From positions 1 through 11,054 of the forward strand of contig JBIKWQ010000091.1 of the NCBI GenBank assembly GCA_044356215.1: a stretch of 11,054 nt of DNA. Direction: 5' to 3'. Position 1 is the stretch's first letter; every line of letters starts with the position of its first letter. Position numbers and translations under genes: made by a program. Positions 1 through 6,915 of this stretch are shown here, in pieces. Below the pieces are notes generated by a model. The model was not told the origin of the DNA. It did not search any database and worked only from the letters and a program-made list of their open reading frames with translations. The DNA comes from Bdellovibrionota bacterium (GTDB lineage Bacteria; Bdellovibrionota_C; UBA2361; OMII01).

Positions 1-44
1 CTCGGGTGGTCGGGGACGGGCTGGGACTGCGACACCTGTTGATT

Positions 45-1067
45 TCAGAATAAAAAAATCCCGCCGTCACCAGCAGGATTGCAAATTCTCTCAACATAAC
101 CTCCGCGCAAGCGGGTTAGTTCAACGACCTGTTGAGCGTTCGGTCTGATCGGTACAAGCGAGCAAAAGGGCGCGCGATCCGAGAGGATCTCTACATCAGC
201 GCCTTCACCTGGATCAGTCCAACTAGACCACTCGGGTCGCGCCGGGACTGGCTCTCCATGCTCATTAGCGGAAACTCGCAGCCAGAGCGCTTGGCCATCT
301 CGCCCTAGAAGTTTCAAGCCACAACTGACCAAACACCCCTTAACTCCAAACTCCTGATAGTCGTGTGTGATCTCCAACCCAAACAGAGCGTCACGATCGT
401 CCCCTAGAATCGCGCCATTACCATCAATATCGGAGATCTCAGTGATCGCGTCTACCTCAAGAACCGCCATACTCATCTTGCGCCGCGAATACCACTTAAG
501 GAGCATCATGAGCTCCGCCAGCTCTCTAGCGATATCGTAACCTAGACCCCGCGAGGCGCGCCCGCTCTCTTCAGCTCCGCTGTTCAGGCCACGCTCGTAC
601 GCCTCGCGCGCTATTAGCGCCTTCTGCGCTCGACGCGCCAATCCAGTGACGATGGTAGACTCTACCGATCCGGCGAATAAAGAATTTAGCAGCTTGGTAA
701 CAGGCGCCTCTAAGTTAAAAACTCCCGTCTCCTTGTGCGCCAGTTGTCTGATTATATCCAGCGCGATCTCCGCCACCTTGGCCTGAGCTTTCACTGATCG
801 CTTATATTTAGGCGCACGATACTTAAAAGCCGCACGCACCTTTCCCTCTAAAGGCGCTACAAAGGCGCGGAGGTCCAGCGAACGATCGTTGATATAACTC
901 TTAGTAGTTAATTGATGACTAAGGACATGGCGCTCTCTTAAAGCAGGCAGGTGGTTCACCTTGCCATTAGAGGCACCACTGCCGTTTCTAATAGCGGGCC
1001 CCACAACTCTCGTCGTACCCTCGCCATTTATACTCGAGGCTGTTGAATCTTTCTCAGCTACGCTCAT
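45..1067 (-). CDS. Hypothetical protein, 340 aa, with a helical N-terminal/central region and a beta-rich C-terminal region. The C-terminus may be truncated or non-native.
   Basis: Long ORF with ATG start, divergent from the E2 gene. TATAAT on the minus strand at 1089-1094. No family motif I can name. The last ~25 codons run through a terminator-like hairpin (see findings). Confidence 0.7.
   Translation of the reverse strand: MSVAEKDSTASSINGEGTTRVVGPAIRNGSGASNGKVNHLPALRERHVLSHQLTTKSYINDRSLDLRAFVAPLEGKVRAAFKYRAPKYKRSVKAQAKVAEIALDIIRQLAHKETGVFNLEAPVTKLLNSLFAGSVESTIVTGLARRAQKALIAREAYERGLNSGAEESGRASRGLGYDIARELAELMMLLKWYSRRKMSMAVLEVDAITEISDIDGNGAILGDDRDALFGLEITHDYQEFGVKGCLVSCGLKLLGRDGQALWLRVSANEHGEPVPARPEWSSWTDPGEGADVEILSDRAPFCSLVPIRPNAQQVVELTRLRGGYVERICNPAGDGGIFLF
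52..80 (-). terminator. Rho-independent terminator-like hairpin
   Basis: Minus strand reads AATCCTGC-tggtgacg-GCGGGATT-TTTTT: an 8-bp stem with one G-U pair, followed by a T-run. Confidence 0.5.
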
Positions 1068-1333
1068 TTACTAAGACACACACGCTACATTATATACGGC
1101 ACGCGGCGAATTGCCGGTCGCATTTTTTACTCTGTTTTGCCGATCACTTTCAACCCAGGCGAGCGATAAATCAGCTAGATAGTTCTAATTTATCACATGG
1201 TATTTTTCTTCCGATTAAGGCGATTATCTATTGCGCTAAATCTGGCCAGGTGCATCGAGCTTTCCGGATATCGACAGACTTAATTTCCGCAGCTCCCCTT
1301 AATACCGCGTGATTTACGCCGGTTTGTGGTGAT

Positions 1334-1363
1334 TTGGCAAAAGTCCCTATTTTGGACTATACT
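1334..1363 (+). promoter_or_regulatory. Sigma70-type promoter candidate for the E2-lipA-methyltransferase operon
   Basis: TTGGCA (1334-1339), 18-nt spacer, TATACT (1358-1363), 60 nt upstream of ATG 1424. Confidence 0.5.
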
Positions 1364-1423
1364 TCGGCACTGTTTGAGCGCCCATTCAAGGCGCGTTTAA
1401 CTTTCTTTGACAAGGTATCCGAA

Positions 1424-2695
1424 ATGGCCACAGAAATTAAGATGCCCCAGCTTAGCGATACGATGAGCTCAGGTAAGATCCTCACCTGGAAATTGACCGA
1501 AGGTGCCTCAGTTAAGCGCGGCGACATACTCGCCGAAGTGGAAACAGACAAAGCAAACTTAGAGATTGAGTCTTTTTTTAACGGCACACTTCTAAAGGTG
1601 ATGGTTCCAGCCGGCTCCGCCGCCAAAGTTGGCGAGGCGATAGCTGTAATCGGACAACCTGGAGAGTCAATCGGAGCGAGCTCGAGTGCCCCAGCGACTC
1701 CTCAACCATCTGCCCCTGCAGCAGCCGCTCCTGCCGCCCCAAAAGCGCAACCAGCTCCTGTAGCCCCGACTGCTAGCTGCTCGGCTCCACTTACAGTCGT
1801 TAGCTCTCAAGAAAGAATTAAAGCCAGCCCTTTGGCGAAGAAGGTTGCCGAGAACCTACAAGTAAACCTCTCTAGCCTTCAGGGGACAGGCCCAAATGGC
1901 CGAATCGTTAAAAAGGATGTAGAGGCAGCAGCCGGCACATCTGCCGCTCCAGCATACACGCCAGCGGCCCCAGCCTTAGAGCAACCAAGAACTCCAACAC
2001 CTGCTAGCGCCGGCGCGGGAACCCTAACGCCGCTATCTAAGATGCGTGAAACGATCGCTCGCAGAATGCAGGAGAGCGTGACCACTGCTCCGCACTTCTA
2101 CGTTACGACGTCGATCAATATGGCAGAGGCTATGCGCACACGCGAAGCGCTCAAAGAGCGCCCTGACTTTAAGGGTATCTCGATGAACCACCTTGTAATC
2201 AAGGCCGCTGCTTACGGACTCTCTAAGGAGCCACGCGTTAACGCTGCTATGAGAGATGGACAGATCTACCAGCCCGCCTCGATTAACATCGGAATCATTA
2301 CAGCAATCGATGGGGGGCTAATCATCCCTGTCCTGAAAGACGTGGATCAGATGTCCCTTAAGGATGTTGTGTTCGAAGCACGCGCGGCGATCGACAGAGC
2401 CCGAGCTGGCAGGCCAAGCTCAAGCGATCTATCAGGTGGAACGTTTAGCATATCAAATATGGGAATGTTTGATGTCGAGAATTTCACGGCTATTATCAAC
2501 CCAGGTCAGGGCGGAATCCTCGCGGTAAGCGCGGTAAAAGAGGAGCCTGTTGTTTATCGTGGCGCGATCGTTGTCGGATCTGTGATGAAGGTTACAGTAT
2601 CTGTAGATCACCGAATCATCGACGGAGTTATGGCTAGCACATTCCTTAAGCACTTTAAGGAAGCGCTTGAGCTGCCAGCTCTTCTGATGTCTTAA
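1424..2695 (+). CDS. pdhC: Dihydrolipoamide acyltransferase (E2) of a pyruvate/2-oxoacid dehydrogenase complex, single lipoyl domain, 423 aa
   Basis: N-terminus MATEIKMPQLSDTM; lipoyl-lysine motif EVETDKANLE; Ala/Pro linkers; peripheral subunit-binding domain ASPLAKKVA...GTGPNGRIVKKDV; catalytic GGTFSISNMG and DHRIIDG. Start moved from TTG 1334 to ATG 1424, where the lipoyl domain begins. Confidence 0.93.
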   Translation: MATEIKMPQLSDTMSSGKILTWKLTEGASVKRGDILAEVETDKANLEIESFFNGTLLKVMVPAGSAAKVGEAIAVIGQPGESIGASSSAPATPQPSAPAAAAPAAPKAQPAPVAPTASCSAPLTVVSSQERIKASPLAKKVAENLQVNLSSLQGTGPNGRIVKKDVEAAAGTSAAPAYTPAAPALEQPRTPTPASAGAGTLTPLSKMRETIARRMQESVTTAPHFYVTTSINMAEAMRTREALKERPDFKGISMNHLVIKAAAYGLSKEPRVNAAMRDGQIYQPASINIGIITAIDGGLIIPVLKDVDQMSLKDVVFEARAAIDRARAGRPSSSDLSGGTFSISNMGMFDVENFTAIINPGQGGILAVSAVKEEPVVYRGAIVVGSVMKVTVSVDHRIIDGVMASTFLKHFKEALELPALLMS

Positions 2696-2736
2696 ACTGG
2701 CGCACATGCGCCACTTCTAGAGGGAGTGTAAAGCCT

Positions 2737-3642
2737 ATGGCAGTTGAAGTACCTCGCAACGCTACAACGATTGTAAAGCCTTCATGGTTAAAGGTCAGGG
2801 CACCCGGCTCCCCAGAGTACTTAGAGACTAAGAAGATCGTTAAAGATCTAAAGCTACACACCGTATGTGAGGAGGCGATGTGTCCCAACATCGGAGAGTG
2901 TTGGTCTCACCACACAGCGACCTTTATGATCATGGGCGACCTGTGCACTCGCAAGTGCCACTTCTGTTCAGTAAAAAAAGGAACGTCCGAGACACTAGTG
3001 GCGCTAGATCCATTCGAGCCAGAGCGAGTCGGCATCGCGGTCAAAGAGCTTAAGCTCCGCCACGCGGTTGTTACCTCGGTGGATCGTGATGATGTAGCTG
3101 ATAACGGAGCTGCCCACTTTTTTAAAACTGTTCAGTCGATCAGAAAACACGCCCCTACCTGCAAGGTAGAGCTGCTTATACCTGACTTGAAGGGATCTCG
3201 TCCTGATCTAGAAACGATCCTTAGCGCCAAGGTAGATGTGCTTAACCACAATATCGAGACCGTTCCACGGCTCTACAAAAAGGTTCGACCTGGGGCCGGA
3301 TACATTCGCTCCTTGGCGATACACAGGTGGGCCAAAGAGATTGATCCAAAGGTTGTCACCAAGTCCGGCATAATGGTTGGCCTCGGTGAGACAAAACAGG
3401 AAGTTTTACAGGTAATGGACGATATGCGTGACGCACAGATCGACGTAATGACGATCGGACAGTACCTAAGACCTTCCGATAACCAGATCCCTGTACGAGC
3501 TTTCATCACCCCTGAGGAATTTAAGGATTATGAGCTAGAGGGCATGAAGCGCGGATTTAAATTTGTTGAGTCAGGCCCGTTTGTGCGGAGCTCCTACCAC
3601 GCGTGGAAGCACACAGCGGACGTGCCACAACGAGTCGACTAA
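2737..3642 (+). CDS. lipA: Lipoyl synthase (radical SAM), 301 aa
   Basis: KPSWLKV; auxiliary-cluster motif CEEAMCPNIGEC; radical SAM motif CTRKCHFC; NHNIETVPRL; TIGQYLRPS; C-terminal VRSSYHA. Confidence 0.98.
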   Translation: MAVEVPRNATTIVKPSWLKVRAPGSPEYLETKKIVKDLKLHTVCEEAMCPNIGECWSHHTATFMIMGDLCTRKCHFCSVKKGTSETLVALDPFEPERVGIAVKELKLRHAVVTSVDRDDVADNGAAHFFKTVQSIRKHAPTCKVELLIPDLKGSRPDLETILSAKVDVLNHNIETVPRLYKKVRPGAGYIRSLAIHRWAKEIDPKVVTKSGIMVGLGETKQEVLQVMDDMRDAQIDVMTIGQYLRPSDNQIPVRAFITPEEFKDYELEGMKRGFKFVESGPFVRSSYHAWKHTADVPQRVD

Positions 3643-3643
3643 A

Positions 3644-4369
3644 GTGACCGCCAACAAGAGCACGGATGCGCCGGCTATCTTTTTGATACCGAACCTGCTC
3701 GGGGACACCCCCGTTGATAATTCCCTCCCCTCGCTAGTATATAACACGGTCGCGACTTTAAGCTTCTTCCTGGTTGAGAACGAAAAGGAGGCCAGGAAAT
3801 TAATCAAGTTGCTCGCGCCTAATTTGCAGATTAGAGATCTATCGATCCGTGAGATCCCCAAAGATAGCGACGCCAAAGTTATCGATGAATTAATTACCCC
3901 TTTAGAAACCGGTCACAGTATAGGAATTATCTCAGACGCCGGCTGTCCAGGGATCGCCGATCCTGGAAGTGACGTTGTAAGCCGCGCTCACGCACGCGGT
4001 TTCAGAGTTATCCCATTAGTTGGCCCTTGCTCTATGACACTAGCTTTAATGGCCTCTGGTCTTAACGGCCAATCGTGGCGCTTTACTGGGTACCTACCGA
4101 TTGAGGCTGATAAGCGAGCCAAGGAGCTACGCGCCCTGGAGCAGCGCGCTCTAACGAACGGAGAGACACAGATATTTATGGAGACTCCGTATCGAAATGA
4201 GAAGTTATTTAAAGAGATCCTAAACTGCTGTCAGAGTGCCACCCGCCTCTGCGTCGCTCGCGACCTAACTACTGAGCGGGAATATATTAGAACTAAAACT
4301 ATTAAAGATTGGCGATTAGAAAATGTAGCCTTGGATAAGTCACCTTGTTTGTTTTTGTTGGGAAGGTGA
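3644..4369 (+). CDS. RsmI-like SAM-dependent methyltransferase (tetrapyrrole methylase superfamily), 241 aa
   Basis: IFLIPNLLG, GIISDAGCPGIADPG, PLVGPCSMTLALMASGLNGQ..F.GYLP, TQIFMETPYRN, LCVARDLT. GTG at 3644, 1 nt after the lipA stop, is preferred to the overlapping TTG 3563. Confidence 0.9.
   Translation: MTANKSTDAPAIFLIPNLLGDTPVDNSLPSLVYNTVATLSFFLVENEKEARKLIKLLAPNLQIRDLSIREIPKDSDAKVIDELITPLETGHSIGIISDAGCPGIADPGSDVVSRAHARGFRVIPLVGPCSMTLALMASGLNGQSWRFTGYLPIEADKRAKELRALEQRALTNGETQIFMETPYRNEKLFKEILNCCQSATRLCVARDLTTEREYIRTKTIKDWRLENVALDKSPCLFLLGR
4287..4369 (+). repeat. Direct repeat, copy 1: last 83 bp of the methyltransferase gene
   Basis: 78 of 83 positions identical to 5555-5637. Confidence 0.97.
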
Positions 4370-4468
4370 TAGGCGATTTTCACTCTTAGGGAAGGCCGGC
4401 AAAACCTACCCGTAGCGAGAAAGTGGAGGTTGAGTTGATATTCGATTTTCGAGATGGGAAAAAACCGC

Positions 4469-4536
4469 ACCAGACTCCGCCAAGGCTACGTCTGGTCCTA
4501 CATTATCTCGCCGGCCGTAGCTTTAGCGAAGGTCGG
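4469..4536. repeat. Inverted pair of REP-like motifs inside the MITE
   Basis: CTCCGCCAAGGCTACG (4475-4490) and CGTAGCTTTAGCGAAG (4516-4531) are 13/16 complementary. Each is also enclosed in its own small stem (ACCAGAC/GTCTGGT and CCGGCC/GGTCGG). Confidence 0.65.
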
Positions 4537-4548
4537 AAGTGTATCCAC

Positions 4549-4596
4549 GACTCGACTGACTTCGGCGAGCTCGACTCGACTGAGCTCGCCGAAGTC
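4549..4596. repeat. REP-like perfect palindrome with a duplicated 9-mer
   Basis: GACTCGACT, GACTTCGGCGAGCTC (4558-4572), GACTCGACT, GAGCTCGCCGAAGTC (4582-4596): a perfect 15-bp stem whose loop sequence is repeated immediately upstream. Confidence 0.85.
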
Positions 4597-4762
4597 TGTG
4601 ATACATTGAGGATTTTTTCCCATCTCGAAAGCTCGAAGAGCAGCTCAAGATCCGCTTTCGCAGTAGGAAGAGGGTTTGTCGGCCTTCCTTAGGTTTAGCC
4701 CTAGAGTATCGACCTACCGCATGATATCCTCATCGCTATCTGCTCTATAAAAGGCGATTCGG

Positions 4763-4948
4763 ATGACCAAACTGAAAGAAGATTACATAATTAAAAATTC
4801 CGGCGAGCAAACAGCATCCATGTTCGATAAGGTTATAGCTTTTCTTAAGTCGCTGCTTGATCGACGACCCGAGAAGAAACCGCTGAACACATACAACCTC
4901 GGTGGCAGGTTTGACAAAGACGACATACGGGCACATGCGTATGAGTAG
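4763..4948 (+). CDS. Probable type II antitoxin (VapB-like partner), 61 aa
   Basis: Small ORF whose end overlaps the PIN gene start by 8 nt (ATGAGTAG). Called from size and position. The exact start codon is uncertain. Confidence 0.7.
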   Translation: MTKLKEDYIIKNSGEQTASMFDKVIAFLKSLLDRRPEKKPLNTYNLGGRFDKDDIRAHAYE

Positions 4949-5375
4949 GCCCGTATTGCTCGACACTAACGTTTTAATTTATGCGTTAGACAAGGAGTCT
5001 CAGTTTCACTTTTGGGCTACACGATTTTTTGAAGATGACAATTTCACATGTTTTACCAGTTCTAAAAATCTAGCTGAGTTTCTGTGCGTCTTGACTCGCG
5101 GCCCTAGTCCGGCTCTACAAGTAAATGAAGCCATCAATGCCATTAAAGTATTTTTGACCCACTGCCGCGTACTTTATCCCGATCATAAATCTCTTAAAAT
5201 TATGTGCGATCTGATTCTTGAACACGAAGTGAGGGGCCTCCTGGTTCATGATTACGAGATAGCAAGCATAGCAATCGCTAACGGGATCCCCCACATGGCC
5301 TCAGTTAACAGAGCTGATTTTAAAAAAATACCATTTCTAAGACTTATAAGCCCTGACATCCAAACGACATCTTAG
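4941..5375 (+). CDS. vapC: PIN-domain ribonuclease toxin (VapC family), 144 aa
   Basis: N-terminal VLLDTNVLIYA, NLAEFL, VHDYEIASIA, SVNRADF: the acidic PIN residues are present. ATG 4941 places DTN at the usual N-terminal position. Confidence 0.9.
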   Translation: MSRPVLLDTNVLIYALDKESQFHFWATRFFEDDNFTCFTSSKNLAEFLCVLTRGPSPALQVNEAINAIKVFLTHCRVLYPDHKSLKIMCDLILEHEVRGLLVHDYEIASIAIANGIPHMASVNRADFKKIPFLRLISPDIQTTS

Positions 5376-5426
5376 TTCTAATGCGTTACGTTTAATCGAG
5401 GTGAATATACTTATTTGTCAGCCCGC

Positions 5427-5530
5427 GGCCGTCTAATCTAGGTCGGAGCTCGTACTCCAACAACGCCTAAATTAGCAACCGACACACCCATCTGTTTCTG
5501 TGCTCAGGGCTACAATTACGTCCACAATAA
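5427..5530 (-). pseudogene. Internally deleted remnant of the GNAT gene at 6916-7356
   Basis: 5427-5448 matches 6905-6926 (20/22, spanning the GNAT stop codon). 5449-5530 matches 7069-7151 (6 substitutions, 1 indel). About 142 bp between the two blocks is missing. Confidence 0.9.
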
Positions 5531-5554
5531 GGGTATATCAATGCTCTAGCCCCT

Positions 5555-5637
5555 TTAGAACTAAAGCCATTAAAGATTGGCGATTAGAAAATGTAGCCTT
5601 GGATAAGTCACCTTGTTTGTTTTTGTTGGGGAAATGA
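5555..5637 (+). repeat. Direct repeat, copy 2: orphan 3' end of the methyltransferase gene
   Basis: Encodes RTKAIKDWRLENVALDKSPCLFLLGK* versus RTKTIKDWRLENVALDKSPCLFLLGR* in copy 1. Similarity ends at the stop codon. Confidence 0.97.
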
Positions 5638-5735
5638 TGCTTTGGCTTAGTGCTGCAACCCGGGGCGGCTTTGTGGCCCATCGCGGGGTGAAGATAATTT
5701 CTAGTCGGATACGTCTTACCTATTAACAAAGCCCT

Positions 5736-5778
5736 TACATACCGTGGTTATTTTGCATTACAATTTAACCACGATGTA
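5736..5778 (+). promoter_or_regulatory. Inverted repeat over the start of ATPase gene 1 (operator or translation-blocking hairpin)
   Basis: TACAT(AC)CGTGGTTA (5736-5750) pairs with TAACCACGATGTA (5766-5778), which includes ATG 5774. A -10-like TACAAT lies in the loop (5759-5764). Confidence 0.55.
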
Positions 5779-6885
5779 TCACAGATCTCTAAACCCCCGA
5801 AATCATTCATTTTTCCTCTCCGGCCCGCGCACGAGCTTTGGGTGAATTTACTCCTAGATGAGGAGCTGATCCCAATCTTAACCAGCCAGGCTCAATTTCG
5901 GGCGCAGGTTGATGCGCTTCCTGCAGGGTCTTGGGTTATCATTGATGAAGTTCAGAAGGCTCCCTCGCTTCTGAATCATGTGCACGACATAATTTCGCTC
6001 CGCGGCGACGAGATCAATTTTGCCTTAAGCGGCTCAAGTGCTCGAAAGCTCCGCCGACTGGACTCTAATCTACTTGCTGGACGGGTCATCCAACGAAACT
6101 TTTTTCCACTCACATTCTCGGAGCTAGGAGCGGACTATTCCGCGGAATCCGCAATATCAATCGGCCTCCTTCCAGGAATCGTCAGTAGGCCAGCTATTGC
6201 TAGTGAGATGCTTGAAGCATACGTGGCGACTTATCTAAAAGAGGAGATCAGACAGGAAGCGCTCGTTAAAGACATCGCTTCTTTCACTCGGTTTCTGCGT
6301 GTTGCTTCTATTATTAATGGACAGATCCTGTCTCTCAGCAACGTGGCGAGAGATGCTGGAGTTGCGCGCACTACAGTTGAGCGCTACTTTGACATACTAG
6401 TCGACACGCTAGTTGCGACTCTTGTTCCAGCGTGGCAACCTCGCGCAAAGGTTCGCGAGATTTCGCAGCCTAAGTTCTACCTCTTCGATTGTGGCGTTGC
6501 GCGTGCTCTGCAGGGACTCGCGCGTGAGCAACCTCGTGACTACGAAAAGGGGATCCTCCTAGAGACTCTTATTCTTCATGAGCTAAGAGCGGCGAACTCA
6601 TACCGAAATCTTGGTGGCGAAATCTACCACTGGAGAACGAGCGGTGGCTCTGAGATCGATTTTATCTGGCAACGAGGTGAGCAGGCGATTGGCATAGAGA
6701 TAAAGAATTCACCCACTTGGCGCTCTGATTACGGAAAGGCATTGCGTTGTCTGATTGACGAAAAGAAGCTCTCACGCGAATTTGTCATTTACCGAGGCAA
6801 ACACCCCACTCTTGATAATCGCGTAGAGGGTCTCCCTTTGGAGATATTTCTATCGCGTCTCTGGAGTGGGGATATTGTTGGATAG
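5774..6885 (+). pseudogene. AAA_14 ATPase + DUF4143 (PD-(D/E)xK-like) protein, disrupted by a frameshifting deletion in Walker A. The residual ORF is 5842-6885.
   Basis: ATG 5774 gives MYHRSLNPRNHSFFLSGPR and then TSFG* (TGA 5843-5845), with no GK[ST]. Another frame continues HELWVNLLLDEE... with Walker B VIIDEVQK, ALSGSSA, LAGR, HTH-like LSNVARDAGVARTTVERYFDILVDT, PKFYLFDCG, YHWRT..G.EIDFI and IGIEIK. Confidence 0.8.
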
Positions 6886-6915
6886 TTCGAGGAATGCTCT
6901 TTGAGGCCGTCTAAT

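Larger units (their letters stand above)
4390..4688. mobile_element. 299-bp non-autonomous MITE with IS5-family-like ends
   Basis: Terminal inverted repeats GGAAGGCCGGCAAA (4390-4403) and TTTGTCGGCCTTCC (4675-4688), 13/14 match. Flanked by direct TTAG at 4386-4389 and 4689-4692. IS5 ends begin GGAAGG and IS5 duplicates YTAR targets. No transposase inside. Confidence 0.8.

Noticed and set aside
1043..1312. 89-aa plus-strand ORF
   Set aside because: Lies across the divergent promoter region, overlaps the opposite gene's start, and has no motif or RBS.
1334..1423. N-terminal extension of E2 from TTG 1334
   Set aside because: The TTG is part of a -35 box candidate, and the lipoyl domain starts at ATG 1424.
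1357..4470. Minus-strand ORFs 1357-1626, 1879-2085, 2453-2707, 2655-2891, 3273-3509, 3571-3876 and 4231-4470
   Set aside because: Antisense shadows of well-supported housekeeping genes.
4423..4692. 89-aa ORF inside the MITE
   Set aside because: Translation of palindromic repeats, with no transposase (DDE) features.
4385..4693. Fold-back region as a retron ncRNA, CRISPR array or integron attC site
   Set aside because: No reverse transcriptase, cas or integron integrase gene in the window and no repeat-spacer periodicity. Terminal inverted repeats plus a TTAG duplication explain it better as a MITE.
4745..4966. 73-aa minus-strand ORF
   Set aside because: Antisense to the antitoxin/toxin pair, which has the canonical overlap on the plus strand.
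5538..5729. 63-aa minus-strand ORF
   Set aside because: Antisense reading of the duplicated methyltransferase 3' end. It shares sequence with the equally spurious 4231-4470 ORF.
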